A DNA stretch of 64,000 bases from an uncultured virus (IMG/VR IMGVR_UViG_3300015608_002806) (lineage: Duplodnaviria; Heunggongvirae; Uroviricota; Caudoviricetes): IMG/VR virus record IMGVR_UViG_3300015608_002806; one strand, 5' to 3'. The notes beneath the pieces are model-generated. The model searched no databases and was not told the origin of the DNA. It saw nothing but the letters and a program-made list of their open reading frames with translations. Below, in pieces: positions 1 to 10,747 of this stretch (its first letter is position 1; the number at the start of each line of letters is the position of its first letter). The position numbers were made by a program, and so were the translations under genes.

Positions 1-505
1 GAACAGTAAAACCATCTTCAGGATAGAAACCCAAATTAATATCTCTTGTTGATGATAAATAAATATTATCTACATTTAATCCACTTTGAGACATTTGAAT
101 ATATCTTGTGTTTGTATATTTTTTAAATATTGAAGAAACAGTATCTGTTAATGATCCTATATTTGTATCAAAATATATACATCCTCTTGATTTTGGATAA
201 ATATTTTCATATATATAATCATCCACATAAGATGAAGATATATGCCATTCAATTATTTCTTTTTGTGAGCCGTCATATGGAAATGTATTGTATATTCTTG
301 AAAAAGAATTATTGTAATATTCTTTTGCTAAACCAAATTTAACAAAATTATCAGGAATTGAAAAATTTATATTTGGAAAATTCTTTTTTTTATAAGAATT
401 TGCAGCAACAATTAGACCAGTGCTTTCAATAGATGAAGTAAATTCATCTAATGATGTATTTGTTTGTATTGCTTTAGATTCTTCAAAAAGTGATTTAATA
501 CTCAT
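1..505 (-). CDS. Putative virion/baseplate structural protein, N-terminal part (runs off the window)
   Basis: Not in ORF track. ATG at 505 directly follows the TAA of 506..724; reads MSIKSLFEESK...NFVKFGLAKEYYNNSFSRIYNTFPYDG; baseplate operon context. Confidence 0.6.
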   Translation of the reverse strand, partial: MSIKSLFEESKAIQTNTSLDEFTSSIESTGLIVAANSYKKKNFPNINFSIPDNFVKFGLAKEYYNNSFSRIYNTFPYDGSQKEIIEWHISSSYVDDYIYENIYPKSRGCIYFDTNIGSLTDTVSSIFKKYTNTRYIQMSQSGLNVDNIYLSSTRDINLGFYPEDGFTV

Positions 506-724
506 TTATTTAATTCTTATCCCATTTTCCCAATATTCTTGTCTTGTTATATTTCCATCTTCATCATATACAATAATGGCAGGACCATTCTCGTTATGAA
601 AATGACCATTTTCATTTTTGCATATTAATTCAATTGTATATCCATCATTATTTATTTTCGATGGTGGATTGTATTTAATTCCATCAATTATTGAATCAAT
701 TTTGTATAATGTGCTTATTATCAT
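506..724 (-). CDS. MORN-like (HNENGPA) repeat protein, copy A, 72 aa (terminal unit only)
   Basis: Shares N-terminus MII.TLYK.D..IDGIKYNPPS and C-terminus QEYWENGIRIK with three other copies. Confidence 0.75.
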   Translation of the reverse strand: MIISTLYKIDSIIDGIKYNPPSKINNDGYTIELICKNENGHFHNENGPAIIVYDEDGNITRQEYWENGIRIK

Positions 725-2115
725 TATTTTACTAAAAATTTAAAACTAAATGGTAATTCTTTTTTATGATTATCAATTATATTAAGAAATTTTATTTTAT
801 ACATATAATTTGGCTCAAATAATGACATATTCAAATCAAAATAATTGCCCTCTGAATTGTAAGATAATTTTGTAAATTCAACAGTTCCAGTTCCATATGG
901 TATAACATTATATCCATCAATTAATTTATCAACTTTATAATATAAATTCTCTAATATTTCATTTATTTGTTTTTCTTGATATGTTAAATAATAATTAGGT
1001 TTCCAATTTTTTCTAGTAATAGAAAGTTTTAATCTTGGTTTTTCTATTATTGAATATTCCTGTTTTAAATTTTTTATATTTACAACAAACTCTTCATCAA
1101 CAGAATAAGAATCATCCATAAAATTTTTCATTTCTATTGAAGAATTATAATAATTTTCAGAACCAGAAAACCAAAAATCATATATTGTTCCTGTTAAATT
1201 TGTATAAAAAGAACAAGAATATACTCCAGTTTTACAATAACCACCTGTAAATGTTTCAAATGCTGGTGCTTGTCCAGATGAATTTGTGTAAATAGACATA
1301 TAAATAGAACCTGTTCCTATTGATGGAATATTTTTTAGCACGCCTCTAATATAATTATAAAAATAAATAGTATTTATGTTTTCAATTCCTGCATTTGATG
1401 CAGATGTGAAACAATTAATTCTATCATCTTCAATACAATCATTCCATCTTGCTTCAATATATGGTCGTAAATAAAAAAACTCTGACGTTCTTGAAAAGAA
1501 TTTTTTATTATAATAACTTTGTGTTGTGTTCTGATATGATGATGAAAACAATACAGCAAATCCATTATTTTGCACTGTTCCTGAAATTAAAGCTCTAACC
1601 ATTGAAGAAATATCAACATAAAAATCTTCAGAGCCAGATGAAAAAAATTGTTGAACAGAATACGTTGAAGACAACAAATCTCCACCAGGAGTTGTCCACA
1701 ATACATTGTCTGATGATGATAACCAATTAGCAGACCCAAGATCTGTAAAATTATATTGATCTTGTCCAGAACCTTCTGTAAAAGATTTATTCAACAAAGT
1801 AGCAATCAAAATATAATCTTTTGGAAGAGTTTCGGCATGTCTTGCATTAGACAGTTTTAAATAATATTCAGCTGAAGCTGGTATAGTCTGTGCATTTATA
1901 TCAGCTATTATTTCATTGATTGGAAAATGCAATAAAATTCTGCTTTGTTTATTTAAAAAACTTGCGGTTTCTAGTCCGTTTTGATTCCACAAAACAAAAG
2001 TTTGCAATGTGTCTGATGCTCCGTCATTTGAAAATGTAGCAGAATTTATCAAATCTGGCTTAAATGCATTTGTTATACTGCAATCAGCATCAGCAACATA
2101 TCTTAAAATTGGCAT
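724..2115 (-). CDS. Putative virion structural protein (DNRLRE-like domain)
   Basis: Motifs SRILLHF, W.TPGGD, NNGFAV, KKFFSRTS..LRPYIEARW; downstream of the gp6-like gene. Confidence 0.5.
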   Translation of the reverse strand: MPILRYVADADCSITNAFKPDLINSATFSNDGASDTLQTFVLWNQNGLETASFLNKQSRILLHFPINEIIADINAQTIPASAEYYLKLSNARHAETLPKDYILIATLLNKSFTEGSGQDQYNFTDLGSANWLSSSDNVLWTTPGGDLLSSTYSVQQFFSSGSEDFYVDISSMVRALISGTVQNNGFAVLFSSSYQNTTQSYYNKKFFSRTSEFFYLRPYIEARWNDCIEDDRINCFTSASNAGIENINTIYFYNYIRGVLKNIPSIGTGSIYMSIYTNSSGQAPAFETFTGGYCKTGVYSCSFYTNLTGTIYDFWFSGSENYYNSSIEMKNFMDDSYSVDEEFVVNIKNLKQEYSIIEKPRLKLSITRKNWKPNYYLTYQEKQINEILENLYYKVDKLIDGYNVIPYGTGTVEFTKLSYNSEGNYFDLNMSLFEPNYMYKIKFLNIIDNHKKELPFSFKFLVK

Positions 2116-2127
2116 ATTTTTTCCTAA

Positions 2128-3891
2128 TTAAATTACATGTCCAATAATATCTTTTTCTAAATATTTAATTTCTAAAATAGTAGAAATATCAACTTCAAGT
2201 TTTTTATTATCAGAACTTAAATTTGAATCAATGTCAAAAACATATGAAGAATAACCAGTTGATGTTTTGTTTTTTATTTTTATTTTTTTTGTATCAACAA
2301 CAGATGGTAATAAATTTAATGTTTTATATATTTCATCTATCAATAATGGCTCTCCTATATTTAGTTTTGTTAAAAATTTTTGTCTTAAAGCAGAATAACA
2401 TTCTGCTAAAACTAAAAATTTATTTGCATTTGCATATGATTGAACTGTAAATTCAATAGCTATATTTGCAATTTTAGCATCTTGAATATTAATAATATCA
2501 TTTATCATTTTTTTTGATTCAAGCCATTTTTTTAAATTTTCTTTAACAGTTGTATTTGTTTGAATTAAATTATTATTTTGATCTTCTGATATTACAAATA
2601 ACGAAAGTGAATTTTTTGCACTTAATGGATTTCTAGATATTGATGCTCGTTTTATTTGACCAAATTTAGGAGACATATTGTAGCAATATGTAACGTAATC
2701 ATTGGCTGTAACACATCTATTCTGACTAGAAAACGAACCATATGCTTTTATTTTTAACTCATCTTGTGTTAAAAACAAAGAAGAACCAACAATAGGCTCT
2801 TCGTTTTCAATCAAAATTGATGCCTTAATAGAATTAATTGTTGATATTGACAATCCATCATATTGAAATTCCAATAATGGATTTATAATTTTGTTTAAAG
2901 ATCCAATTGATGAATTAGAATTTTCATTTGTGTTTGCTCTATAAGCAATTGTTATAGTTGTATTTTGTGGACCTATACCAAATTTATCACTTTTTGTTAT
3001 ATTAGATGGATCAAAATTTGCATTAGATTCATATGTTCTTCCATATCTATCAATAGCAACAGAGCTTGGATCCTTCATTGCATCATATATTCCATTTCCA
3101 AAAACAAGATTATAAAATCCATCAATGTTTTCAATTATAAATCTTCTGGGTGCATAATGTTTTTGGATTATATATGGTGCATAAAAATTACTTAATGTGT
3201 TTGTGTTTTTAATTGATTTAAAAATTATATTTTGGGTCAAATAATCAACCTCAAAATATTCATTACCTGCTGAATCTAAAACTGTTATAATTTCAGAAAG
3301 ATACGGGTTTTTAATTTTTATTTTTAAAAAATCACTATAAGATGTAATTGTTTCAGTTTGAATATATAAATCTCCAGAAATACAATTTCCATAATTTTTA
3401 ATTGCATATTCAGTAGGAATACCAGAATTATTTGTTGTTGCAACAACGTATCTTGTAGTTGGGCTATTAAAATCAAGATCTTCAGACAATAAATAATTTA
3501 CACCATTTGATGATTGTATTTTAGATCCAGCTTTTAATATAGGAATATATGATGTATCTGGTTTTCCTAATGAATTTGCTGGAATTTTCAAATATATAGC
3601 AATCTTCCCTTGTGCAGAAGGTCTTCCTTTGTCTAAAAATCCATTTTGTTTTGCTAATTTAACAATATTTTTGTATTCATTTGCTGTATCTAAAAACTGT
3701 TCATTATATTGATAGTCAGTATAAAAAGATAAAATATCCCCAACATAAGCAACAGCATCAAAAACCAATGATCCAAAAGAAGTTGTTGAAAAATTCTTAT
3801 TGGTATCTGGATAATAAGTTTTTGCATTATTTATTAAAGATTCTTTAATTTTTGCAAAATCTTTATTTGTAAAATTTATTATTGGTTTCAT
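2128..3891 (-). CDS. Baseplate wedge protein, T4 gp6-like
   Basis: NKDFAKIKESL, AYVGDILSFYTD..NEQFLDTA, LVFGNG, QNRCVTANDY motifs. Confidence 0.9.
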   Translation of the reverse strand: MKPIINFTNKDFAKIKESLINNAKTYYPDTNKNFSTTSFGSLVFDAVAYVGDILSFYTDYQYNEQFLDTANEYKNIVKLAKQNGFLDKGRPSAQGKIAIYLKIPANSLGKPDTSYIPILKAGSKIQSSNGVNYLLSEDLDFNSPTTRYVVATTNNSGIPTEYAIKNYGNCISGDLYIQTETITSYSDFLKIKIKNPYLSEIITVLDSAGNEYFEVDYLTQNIIFKSIKNTNTLSNFYAPYIIQKHYAPRRFIIENIDGFYNLVFGNGIYDAMKDPSSVAIDRYGRTYESNANFDPSNITKSDKFGIGPQNTTITIAYRANTNENSNSSIGSLNKIINPLLEFQYDGLSISTINSIKASILIENEEPIVGSSLFLTQDELKIKAYGSFSSQNRCVTANDYVTYCYNMSPKFGQIKRASISRNPLSAKNSLSLFVISEDQNNNLIQTNTTVKENLKKWLESKKMINDIINIQDAKIANIAIEFTVQSYANANKFLVLAECYSALRQKFLTKLNIGEPLLIDEIYKTLNLLPSVVDTKKIKIKNKTSTGYSSYVFDIDSNLSSDNKKLEVDISTILEIKYLEKDIIGHVI

Positions 3892-3895
3892 TTAA

Positions 3896-4270
3896 TTAAA
3901 TTTTTACCTGTAAGGAAAAAATATAGTCAGAAGAATAAGAAGTATTTAATGAATATTTCATTATTATATTATATTGATTATCAACTTGATTTACTTTTAA
4001 GTTAGTTATTTTAATATATGGCATATATTTATATATTTGTTGGTTTATTTTTTCATTTAGTTTTGATGAAAATTCAGAATTAACATTTTCAAATAAAAAT
4101 GATTTAATTCCAACTCCATAAAATAAATCAAAAATTTTTTCACCTGGATTTGTTAAAAATAAATTTTTCAAATTTTGATGAATCATTTCTGGCAATAAAG
4201 TGATCATTTTATATGGACCATCTCCATTATCATATTTTAAAGGTAATTTAGGTTCAAGTGCGCCATTCAT
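3896..4270 (-). CDS. Baseplate wedge subunit, gp25/GPW-like
   Basis: QNLKNLFLTNPGEK..YGVGI..FLFE motif; adjacent to the gp6-like gene. Confidence 0.9.
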   Translation of the reverse strand: MNGALEPKLPLKYDNGDGPYKMITLLPEMIHQNLKNLFLTNPGEKIFDLFYGVGIKSFLFENVNSEFSSKLNEKINQQIYKYMPYIKITNLKVNQVDNQYNIIMKYSLNTSYSSDYIFSLQVKI

Positions 4271-5247
4271 TATTGAATTTCTTTATGATTTATTAATGAT
4301 TTGATTGATTTTAAAATAAATTCAGATGATTTTTCATAAAATTTATTAATTTTTAATATATCATTAAATAATTTTGTAGAATTATGAAATTGACAAGCAA
4401 AAATTATATCTAATATATTTAAAGGTATTATTTTAGAAAATAATTTATCAGATTCGTCTGATATAATTATTTCTAATTTTAAATTTCGATTATATTGTTC
4501 AATATTATTATTTAATATATTTATTAAGTCATCTTTAGATGAAAAATTAATTGTTTTATATTTTTCTATTATTGGAATCGGTGTATAAACATATCCAATT
4601 GGATCATAAATCCAATATGATTTATCTAACAAAGATTTTTCTCCTGGATTTATTGGATTTTTACAAACAACATTAAAACACAATCTTAATCCATATTGAA
4701 TTCCAGAAAAATATGTCTTTACATCATCGTTTGAAATATTTTGTATAAAATTTAAAAAATTATTAACATTAACAACATTTTGTAATGATTTATCATTTAA
4801 TGTTAAATTATTTTGATTAATTTTTAAAAAATATTCAAAGAAAAAATTATTTTGTTTATTTTGATCTCCAAATTTATTAAATTTTAAATTTTGTTCATTA
4901 ATATTGTTAATTATATTTGATTTAAATGATTCGCCTACATAAAATGTATCATATATTTTATATATAACATCTTTTTTTGAAGAAATTTTTGATAAAATAT
5001 CATCAATAGATTGTTTTGCAATTAAATTTATTTCATTTTCATTAAAAATTGAATTAATTAAATTTAAATCATTTGAATTTATACTTCTTTTTATAGATTG
5101 CCAATAATAATCACAAGTTTTATCTCCATATGTTGAATTTTTGTACAAAAAAAGAACAGAAAAATAATTTTCAACAAATATACATTTAATATATATTTTA
5201 ACCAACTCTTTTAAGGTTTCTTTTCTAAAAAAATCAATTGTTATCAT
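4270..5247 (-). CDS. Hypothetical protein (tail/baseplate region)
   Basis: 325 aa ORF, translationally coupled to its neighbours. Confidence 0.6.
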   Translation of the reverse strand: MITIDFFRKETLKELVKIYIKCIFVENYFSVLFLYKNSTYGDKTCDYYWQSIKRSINSNDLNLINSIFNENEINLIAKQSIDDILSKISSKKDVIYKIYDTFYVGESFKSNIINNINEQNLKFNKFGDQNKQNNFFFEYFLKINQNNLTLNDKSLQNVVNVNNFLNFIQNISNDDVKTYFSGIQYGLRLCFNVVCKNPINPGEKSLLDKSYWIYDPIGYVYTPIPIIEKYKTINFSSKDDLINILNNNIEQYNRNLKLEIIISDESDKLFSKIIPLNILDIIFACQFHNSTKLFNDILKINKFYEKSSEFILKSIKSLINHKEIQ

Positions 5248-7478
5248 ATTGTTTCAAACTTTATTTTTAATGATTGTTTAATTTCATCAAAATTAAATAA
5301 ATTTATATCAATAAATTTAAATTTGTTTGTGTTTTTTATATTTTTTATTTCTTGAATTATTTCTTCAATAAAAAAATCACTTAAAATATAATATTGTTTA
5401 TTAGAATTTATTGCAAGTTTAAAATTATCATTTAAAAATGAATAATAATCATTCCATATTTCTATTTCTGATTTTAAATTATTTTTTATACTGGCAATAT
5501 AATTATTTGGCAATCCAATTAGTTTGTTATCAATGAAATCACTTAATAATTCAAATTGGTCATTGTTTGTTATTATTTCTGTATTATTTGCAACAATTTT
5601 ATTATTAAATTGAACAATATTATTTTGTTCATTTTGTGGTTCTGAATTGTATTCAAATCGATTAAATGTTTTTGTTGGTATATATTTATTTATTTTAAAA
5701 TATTGTTGATTTTTTAAATATTTTTCAAAAAAATTATTAGATTCATCATTGTTAGAATTTATAAAATTTGTATAAAAATCTCCAATAGATTGATCATCTT
5801 GTTTAATTTGTTCATTGAAAAAATTATTTATTTTTGTTGGAACCAATGGAGGTTTATAAATATTGTCTTTATATAAATAAAAAGCAGCAATTGTTAAATC
5901 TCCATTAGTTTTAAATAATCTTTTTAAAATTTGATTATTTGATTGTTGTATATTCTTCTCTAAAGAATTAAATATATTGTCAATATTTTTGTTAATAGTT
6001 TTTTTAACAATATCAGAATTATTTATTTTTTCTTCTGAAATAATTTTTATTGTTTTTCTTTGTAGAAAATCACAAATTATTTTTGATGTTGTCTTTACTG
6101 TATTTTTTTGAGAATTTATAAAATTATCTATTAATTGTTGATCATATCCAAGGTCTTGCAATCTTTGTTCTTTAATTTCTAAAACAGAAAGATGATTGCA
6201 ATTTAATATTGGTAAATATTTATTAGTTTCTTCAAACGATAAAGTATTTGTGTATTGTTTATAATTTGCAAACAAATCAATATAATCTTGATCATTATCA
6301 GAAGATTCACCAGTAATATATTTAAAAATATCTTTAATTTTATCAATAGCTTCTCCTGTAACTACAGAATTATACAAACCATTCAATTCTCTAGGAGTTA
6401 ATTCGTTTAATACTAAATCTACACATTTAAGATAATCAGTATATCCTAAATTCATGTTTTTTGCTATAATATCATTTTCAAATGTATCTTTAAAATCTTT
6501 ATTGTTTAAATCTATTGCTTCATATAATGAAATTCTTCTTTGTTGATCGGTGTTAAATTTATCTTTATCATCATTACATGGATGAATAAATCTATTTATG
6601 TTTAAATCTTTATCTAATAATTTTATATATTCATGAATTAATTTATCAACATAATATTTAATTAATTCTTTTGCAATGTTTTCTATTGTTTTTTCAAGAA
6701 TTTCAAAAAAATTAAATGTAAGAAAATCTAGATATCCACTTAAATCTAAGTTTAGTTTAGGAGAATTATTGTTTTCTTTAATATTTGTTGGCGATGTTAA
6801 TTTTGCACACAATAATTCATTTGTTAAATCTGTGGCAAAGCATTCAACATCATTAATTTCACCATTTGATAATTTAATTAAATTACTTAACACAAATGAT
6901 TTTAAATTATCAAAGTTTATTTTTGAAGCAATATTATTCCAGACACCTTCTAGTGTTTTGTTTTGATTTGTAACATATGTTTTTGTTGCATTTATTAGTC
7001 TTTGTGGAATTTCTTCTACTGGTTCAGAAACATTAGATAAAAATTTTATACCCAGTGAAGATTTTTCAGTTTTAATCATTTCACTAGTTTTATATGGCTG
7101 TTTTAAAATTTTATCAACTTGTTTTAATTTTTCTTTTTGTTCTATATCTAGAGTGTCTTCTTTATTAAAAACTTTATTAAAATCTTCTCTAGTTTTTATA
7201 TCAATTGAAGAAAGATTGATTTTAATCAAAAACAAAAGCGGAGAAACGGATGTTATACCTGGATATATATCATTAACAGACAATGATTGTCTAGTTATAG
7301 CAATTCCGTAATCTAAACTTAGCTTATTTGCTGCATATGTTAATTCTAAATTTGCATCACCTTCTTCTAATTTGTGTTTATTTAAACTTGTTTTATAAGA
7401 ATAAAGTGCAGAATTATCAATAAATTGATAACTAATTTGTCCTATATTTTCATACCAATTTTCTTCAAAGTTGTTCAT
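5244..7478 (-). CDS. Large hypothetical protein (tail/baseplate region)
   Basis: 744 aa ORF, coupled to both neighbours. Confidence 0.6.
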   Translation of the reverse strand: MNNFEENWYENIGQISYQFIDNSALYSYKTSLNKHKLEEGDANLELTYAANKLSLDYGIAITRQSLSVNDIYPGITSVSPLLFLIKINLSSIDIKTREDFNKVFNKEDTLDIEQKEKLKQVDKILKQPYKTSEMIKTEKSSLGIKFLSNVSEPVEEIPQRLINATKTYVTNQNKTLEGVWNNIASKINFDNLKSFVLSNLIKLSNGEINDVECFATDLTNELLCAKLTSPTNIKENNNSPKLNLDLSGYLDFLTFNFFEILEKTIENIAKELIKYYVDKLIHEYIKLLDKDLNINRFIHPCNDDKDKFNTDQQRRISLYEAIDLNNKDFKDTFENDIIAKNMNLGYTDYLKCVDLVLNELTPRELNGLYNSVVTGEAIDKIKDIFKYITGESSDNDQDYIDLFANYKQYTNTLSFEETNKYLPILNCNHLSVLEIKEQRLQDLGYDQQLIDNFINSQKNTVKTTSKIICDFLQRKTIKIISEEKINNSDIVKKTINKNIDNIFNSLEKNIQQSNNQILKRLFKTNGDLTIAAFYLYKDNIYKPPLVPTKINNFFNEQIKQDDQSIGDFYTNFINSNNDESNNFFEKYLKNQQYFKINKYIPTKTFNRFEYNSEPQNEQNNIVQFNNKIVANNTEIITNNDQFELLSDFIDNKLIGLPNNYIASIKNNLKSEIEIWNDYYSFLNDNFKLAINSNKQYYILSDFFIEEIIQEIKNIKNTNKFKFIDINLFNFDEIKQSLKIKFETI

Positions 7479-8335
7479 TATGTTGTTCTGTTATTAAGTG
7501 AATTTATAAATTTCCATCCATATTTTTCTAGAAACATTTGTTGATTTATAGTTGCGTTTTTTGCTTCAATCTGTCTGTCTAATAAATGCATACCAAGTTG
7601 TGGAGAAGTTGTTATTGATTGTGCTGCTAATTCAATAGATGGACTTGTTGGCCCCATTGCAGATTGATGAGTGTGTGAACTTAAAACACCCAATAATTCA
7701 GTTAAGACTGAATATAGATAAGCAATTTCTGAATTGTGAGATGATACTCTTTTTTCTAAAGTTTTAATGTATTCTAATAAATTGTCACCTTTAGATAAAG
7801 GTTGTAAATCAGAATCATCTTTTCCTGCTATTAAATCAATTCCTTCAATTTTAGATTGCAAAACACCATTTGAATCATATTTATCGCAACTTGAAAATAA
7901 TCTTAATGCATTTCTTGCCATAATTCTAACTTGATCTGCTTTTATTCCAATACCAGACTTCATTTTTGATGAATATTCAAGTTTATTTGTTGATAAATTA
8001 AAATTGTCATCAATATCTGTTTTTTGAGAGCCATAAATCCTTACTGAGTCATATATGAATGAATTATCTATAAATACTGTTTGATTATCTTGTTTTTCTA
8101 ATTGAAACGGGCCGCCTCTTCCTGCTACTAGATCAAAAGAACCTGCCTTGTGAGCGCCAATGCCACCATATCCACTCGACAAACCTTCTGGTCTATCTCT
8201 GCCCAGAACCAATGAAGAATTATTTTTTCCTTCAAATACAGTTTCACATTGAGCTTTATTAAAAATAGGAACAGGTTCAAATAAATTTGAACAATTTAAT
8301 CCTTCAACTGGGTCATTATTTGGTTTATCTCTCAT
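7478..8335 (-). CDS. Baseplate spike/hub protein, gp5 C-terminal-like
   Basis: Gly-rich beta-strand repeats, KADQVRIMAR, QPLSKGD and the HTH tip motif SHTHQSAMGPTSP. Confidence 0.55.
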   Translation of the reverse strand: MRDKPNNDPVEGLNCSNLFEPVPIFNKAQCETVFEGKNNSSLVLGRDRPEGLSSGYGGIGAHKAGSFDLVAGRGGPFQLEKQDNQTVFIDNSFIYDSVRIYGSQKTDIDDNFNLSTNKLEYSSKMKSGIGIKADQVRIMARNALRLFSSCDKYDSNGVLQSKIEGIDLIAGKDDSDLQPLSKGDNLLEYIKTLEKRVSSHNSEIAYLYSVLTELLGVLSSHTHQSAMGPTSPSIELAAQSITTSPQLGMHLLDRQIEAKNATINQQMFLEKYGWKFINSLNNRTT

Positions 8336-8336
8336 T

Positions 8337-9791
8337 TTAAAGTTTTAAAACCTGCATTACATTTTGTACTGCTGATGACACAGATGGTAAAAATTCATCA
8401 ACATTAGCATTATTAATAATAAATTGTGAATTTACAACTTTTTTAATATAATTAGAAACACTTTCCAATCCTAGCTCAGATAATTTTGCCAAAATTGCTG
8501 TATTTGGTGTTTGTTCAGATGTTTCAAATTCATCAATGCCCATTTGACCAGCACTACGACCATCTATATCTAGACCAATCCAATAATCAAAATAATGCAT
8601 TCTAGGTCTTGACCGTGGATTTGGTTTTCGTTGCCACCAAGGGCCAAAATTACCCCTAAAATCATAATGTGTTGCAGCGCTGCCCCCAGGAGGATTGTAA
8701 CGAGAAGAACCACGACCAGCATCGTTTGGATTTGCTGATTTTATTCCACTAGATGATACATTTAAATAAAGACCAAATCCACCATAAGGAATTCGGCCTG
8801 CATCCATTAATTTCTTAACAGAGGCCCAGCATTGCAGTGCTGGAATCATAGCTCGCTTGCCATTAATCCAAACAACAAAATCAATAGCTGAAGATGATGA
8901 ATGATTATGATTTGGGTCTTTTGCCATTGGCCTTCGTGTATGAAATTTTATTTCAACAAATGCATCTGAATATATCTGTTTCCAGTATTGTTCAATAACC
9001 TCTGCCACAGCAGCGCATATATAAGATCTTTTGTGCTCATCATTTGATACCTGACTCATTTCAGGGAAAACAATTCTTCTGTCAAATGTTTTGTTAAAAT
9101 TTCTTGATATACTTTTTGCATAAAAAGCATCAAAATATTCTTTGTTATTATTGTATAAATTATTAAAATTAATGTTTGGCATATTTAATGGAAATTCTGT
9201 TGCATTTCCTCTATCATCTGTTGAATTGTTTTCAGATTTTCTATATGTTGTATTTGTTTGTTGATTATTTTCTTCTGTTAATGAAGATGGTAATGGATTT
9301 GAATTACCATCAAAAACAGTGCCTAAATATAAACCACCTTCTTGATTTTGTATATCCTTAAATGTTACTCGAATTAAAGAACCAGGAGTCGGTGGTTGTG
9401 CATTGCCTACAAATACAGGATATGCATCAATTGCATCATCATCATCATTCGATATGGGAATTGGAAAACCTGTATGAATTTCTGGTATTCTACCATATAC
9501 TTTAATAATTTTTTGTATTTGACCAGGATTATCAATAGCTAATGATGGAATCATTGAAGACATCAATGAAGCTACATCATTTTCGGAAACATCAACGACT
9601 TTTAAACAAAAAGCAATAAATTCAGTATTATTGGCAAGTACATTTTTTGAAGCTCTGTTTTTTAGAGTGTCAGCGATAGCTTTTACTGCATTATCGCTAA
9701 CATTATCAAATCTAGCTTTATTATTAAAATAAAGACCATCAACTCTGTTTAGAGTTCCATAATTAATATCTTTAATAAATTCATCTGCCAA
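8337..9791 (-). CDS. gp5 N-terminal-like hub protein fused to a peptidase M15-like domain
   Basis: PTPGSLIRVTF (OB-fold-type motif); H-x6-D (HSSSSAID), GFGLY and HYDFRG fit M15 Zn ligands. Confidence 0.5.
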   Translation of the reverse strand: MADEFIKDINYGTLNRVDGLYFNNKARFDNVSDNAVKAIADTLKNRASKNVLANNTEFIAFCLKVVDVSENDVASLMSSMIPSLAIDNPGQIQKIIKVYGRIPEIHTGFPIPISNDDDDAIDAYPVFVGNAQPPTPGSLIRVTFKDIQNQEGGLYLGTVFDGNSNPLPSSLTEENNQQTNTTYRKSENNSTDDRGNATEFPLNMPNINFNNLYNNNKEYFDAFYAKSISRNFNKTFDRRIVFPEMSQVSNDEHKRSYICAAVAEVIEQYWKQIYSDAFVEIKFHTRRPMAKDPNHNHSSSSAIDFVVWINGKRAMIPALQCWASVKKLMDAGRIPYGGFGLYLNVSSSGIKSANPNDAGRGSSRYNPPGGSAATHYDFRGNFGPWWQRKPNPRSRPRMHYFDYWIGLDIDGRSAGQMGIDEFETSEQTPNTAILAKLSELGLESVSNYIKKVVNSQFIINNANVDEFLPSVSSAVQNVMQVLKL

Positions 9792-9795
9792 TTCA

Positions 9796-10098
9796 TTATT
9801 TCCTCATTAAACTTTGTCTTTCTTCCTCAGTTAAAGAAGATGAATTATCATCTGGTTTTTTTGTTTTGGACTTTAAGTTAACTATATTAATTATTTGTTC
9901 ATTGGATTTTTGTAAATTTTCTACAAGTTTTGAATAAGAAAGCATAATTTTGCTAAAAGATTCTGGATCTATTGCTTGATTTTTTGAAATAAAATTATTA
10001 ATTTCATCAACTCCATCTTTTGATAAAGATCTATCTTCTTCAATATTTTTTATTGAAATTTCAACTAATGTTTCTAATTTATCGTCAATTGACGCCAT
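9796..10098 (-). CDS. Hypothetical coiled-coil protein
   Basis: 100 aa helical-looking ORF overlapping the sigma factor stop. Confidence 0.55.
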   Translation of the reverse strand: MASIDDKLETLVEISIKNIEEDRSLSKDGVDEINNFISKNQAIDPESFSKIMLSYSKLVENLQKSNEQIINIVNLKSKTKKPDDNSSSLTEEERQSLMRK

Positions 10099-10747
10099 CT
10101 TGATTAGCCCTTTCGTTTATCCATTGTGTTTTAAATTCTAAATATTTTTTATTTATTTTTTTCATTAAGTATGTTAGCTCTGGAGCTTTTAATCCTGTAA
10201 TTTCTTTAAGAGAAAAGAAAATTGTTCCTTTGTTGCAAAAATCTAATTTATCTATATCAAGCAACATTTCTTTTATTGCAAATACAATAGAATTAAATTT
10301 TTTATTAGTGCCTATCCAATTATCTAAATCATTTCTTAATGCTTCAAAAAATTCTTGTTTAAAATATTTTTCTTCTTGATTTTCATTATATTCTAATGAT
10401 TTTAAAGTAGATAATTGATTCATCGTTTCTATTTGTTTTGATTGTTCTTTGTATTTTAAAACAAACCAATTTTTAGTAATGACTGTAAAATAAGAAAATG
10501 CCTTGGAACCAAAATCAGGATTGAATTTTTCCAAGGCATTTATTAATGATATAAAACAATCATCTTTTAAGTCTGATAAATTTTTCAATCCTGTAAAATT
10601 ATAAGCATATACTACTTTTTCTATAAGTTGCCTAAAACATGGTTCTATTATTTTTTGAAAAAGATCTGATTTTTCTTTTTTACAATTAGAAAGTCTATAT
10701 CTAACTATAGCATCATCAACAACTTTTGTAAAATAATTATTGCTCAT
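10085..10747 (-). CDS. Phage late-transcription sigma factor, T4 gp55-like
   Basis: NNYFT N-terminus; region-2-like KFNPDFGSKAFSYFTVITKN. Confidence 0.75.
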   Translation of the reverse strand: MSNNYFTKVVDDAIVRYRLSNCKKEKSDLFQKIIEPCFRQLIEKVVYAYNFTGLKNLSDLKDDCFISLINALEKFNPDFGSKAFSYFTVITKNWFVLKYKEQSKQIETMNQLSTLKSLEYNENQEEKYFKQEFFEALRNDLDNWIGTNKKFNSIVFAIKEMLLDIDKLDFCNKGTIFFSLKEITGLKAPELTYLMKKINKKYLEFKTQWINERANQDGVN

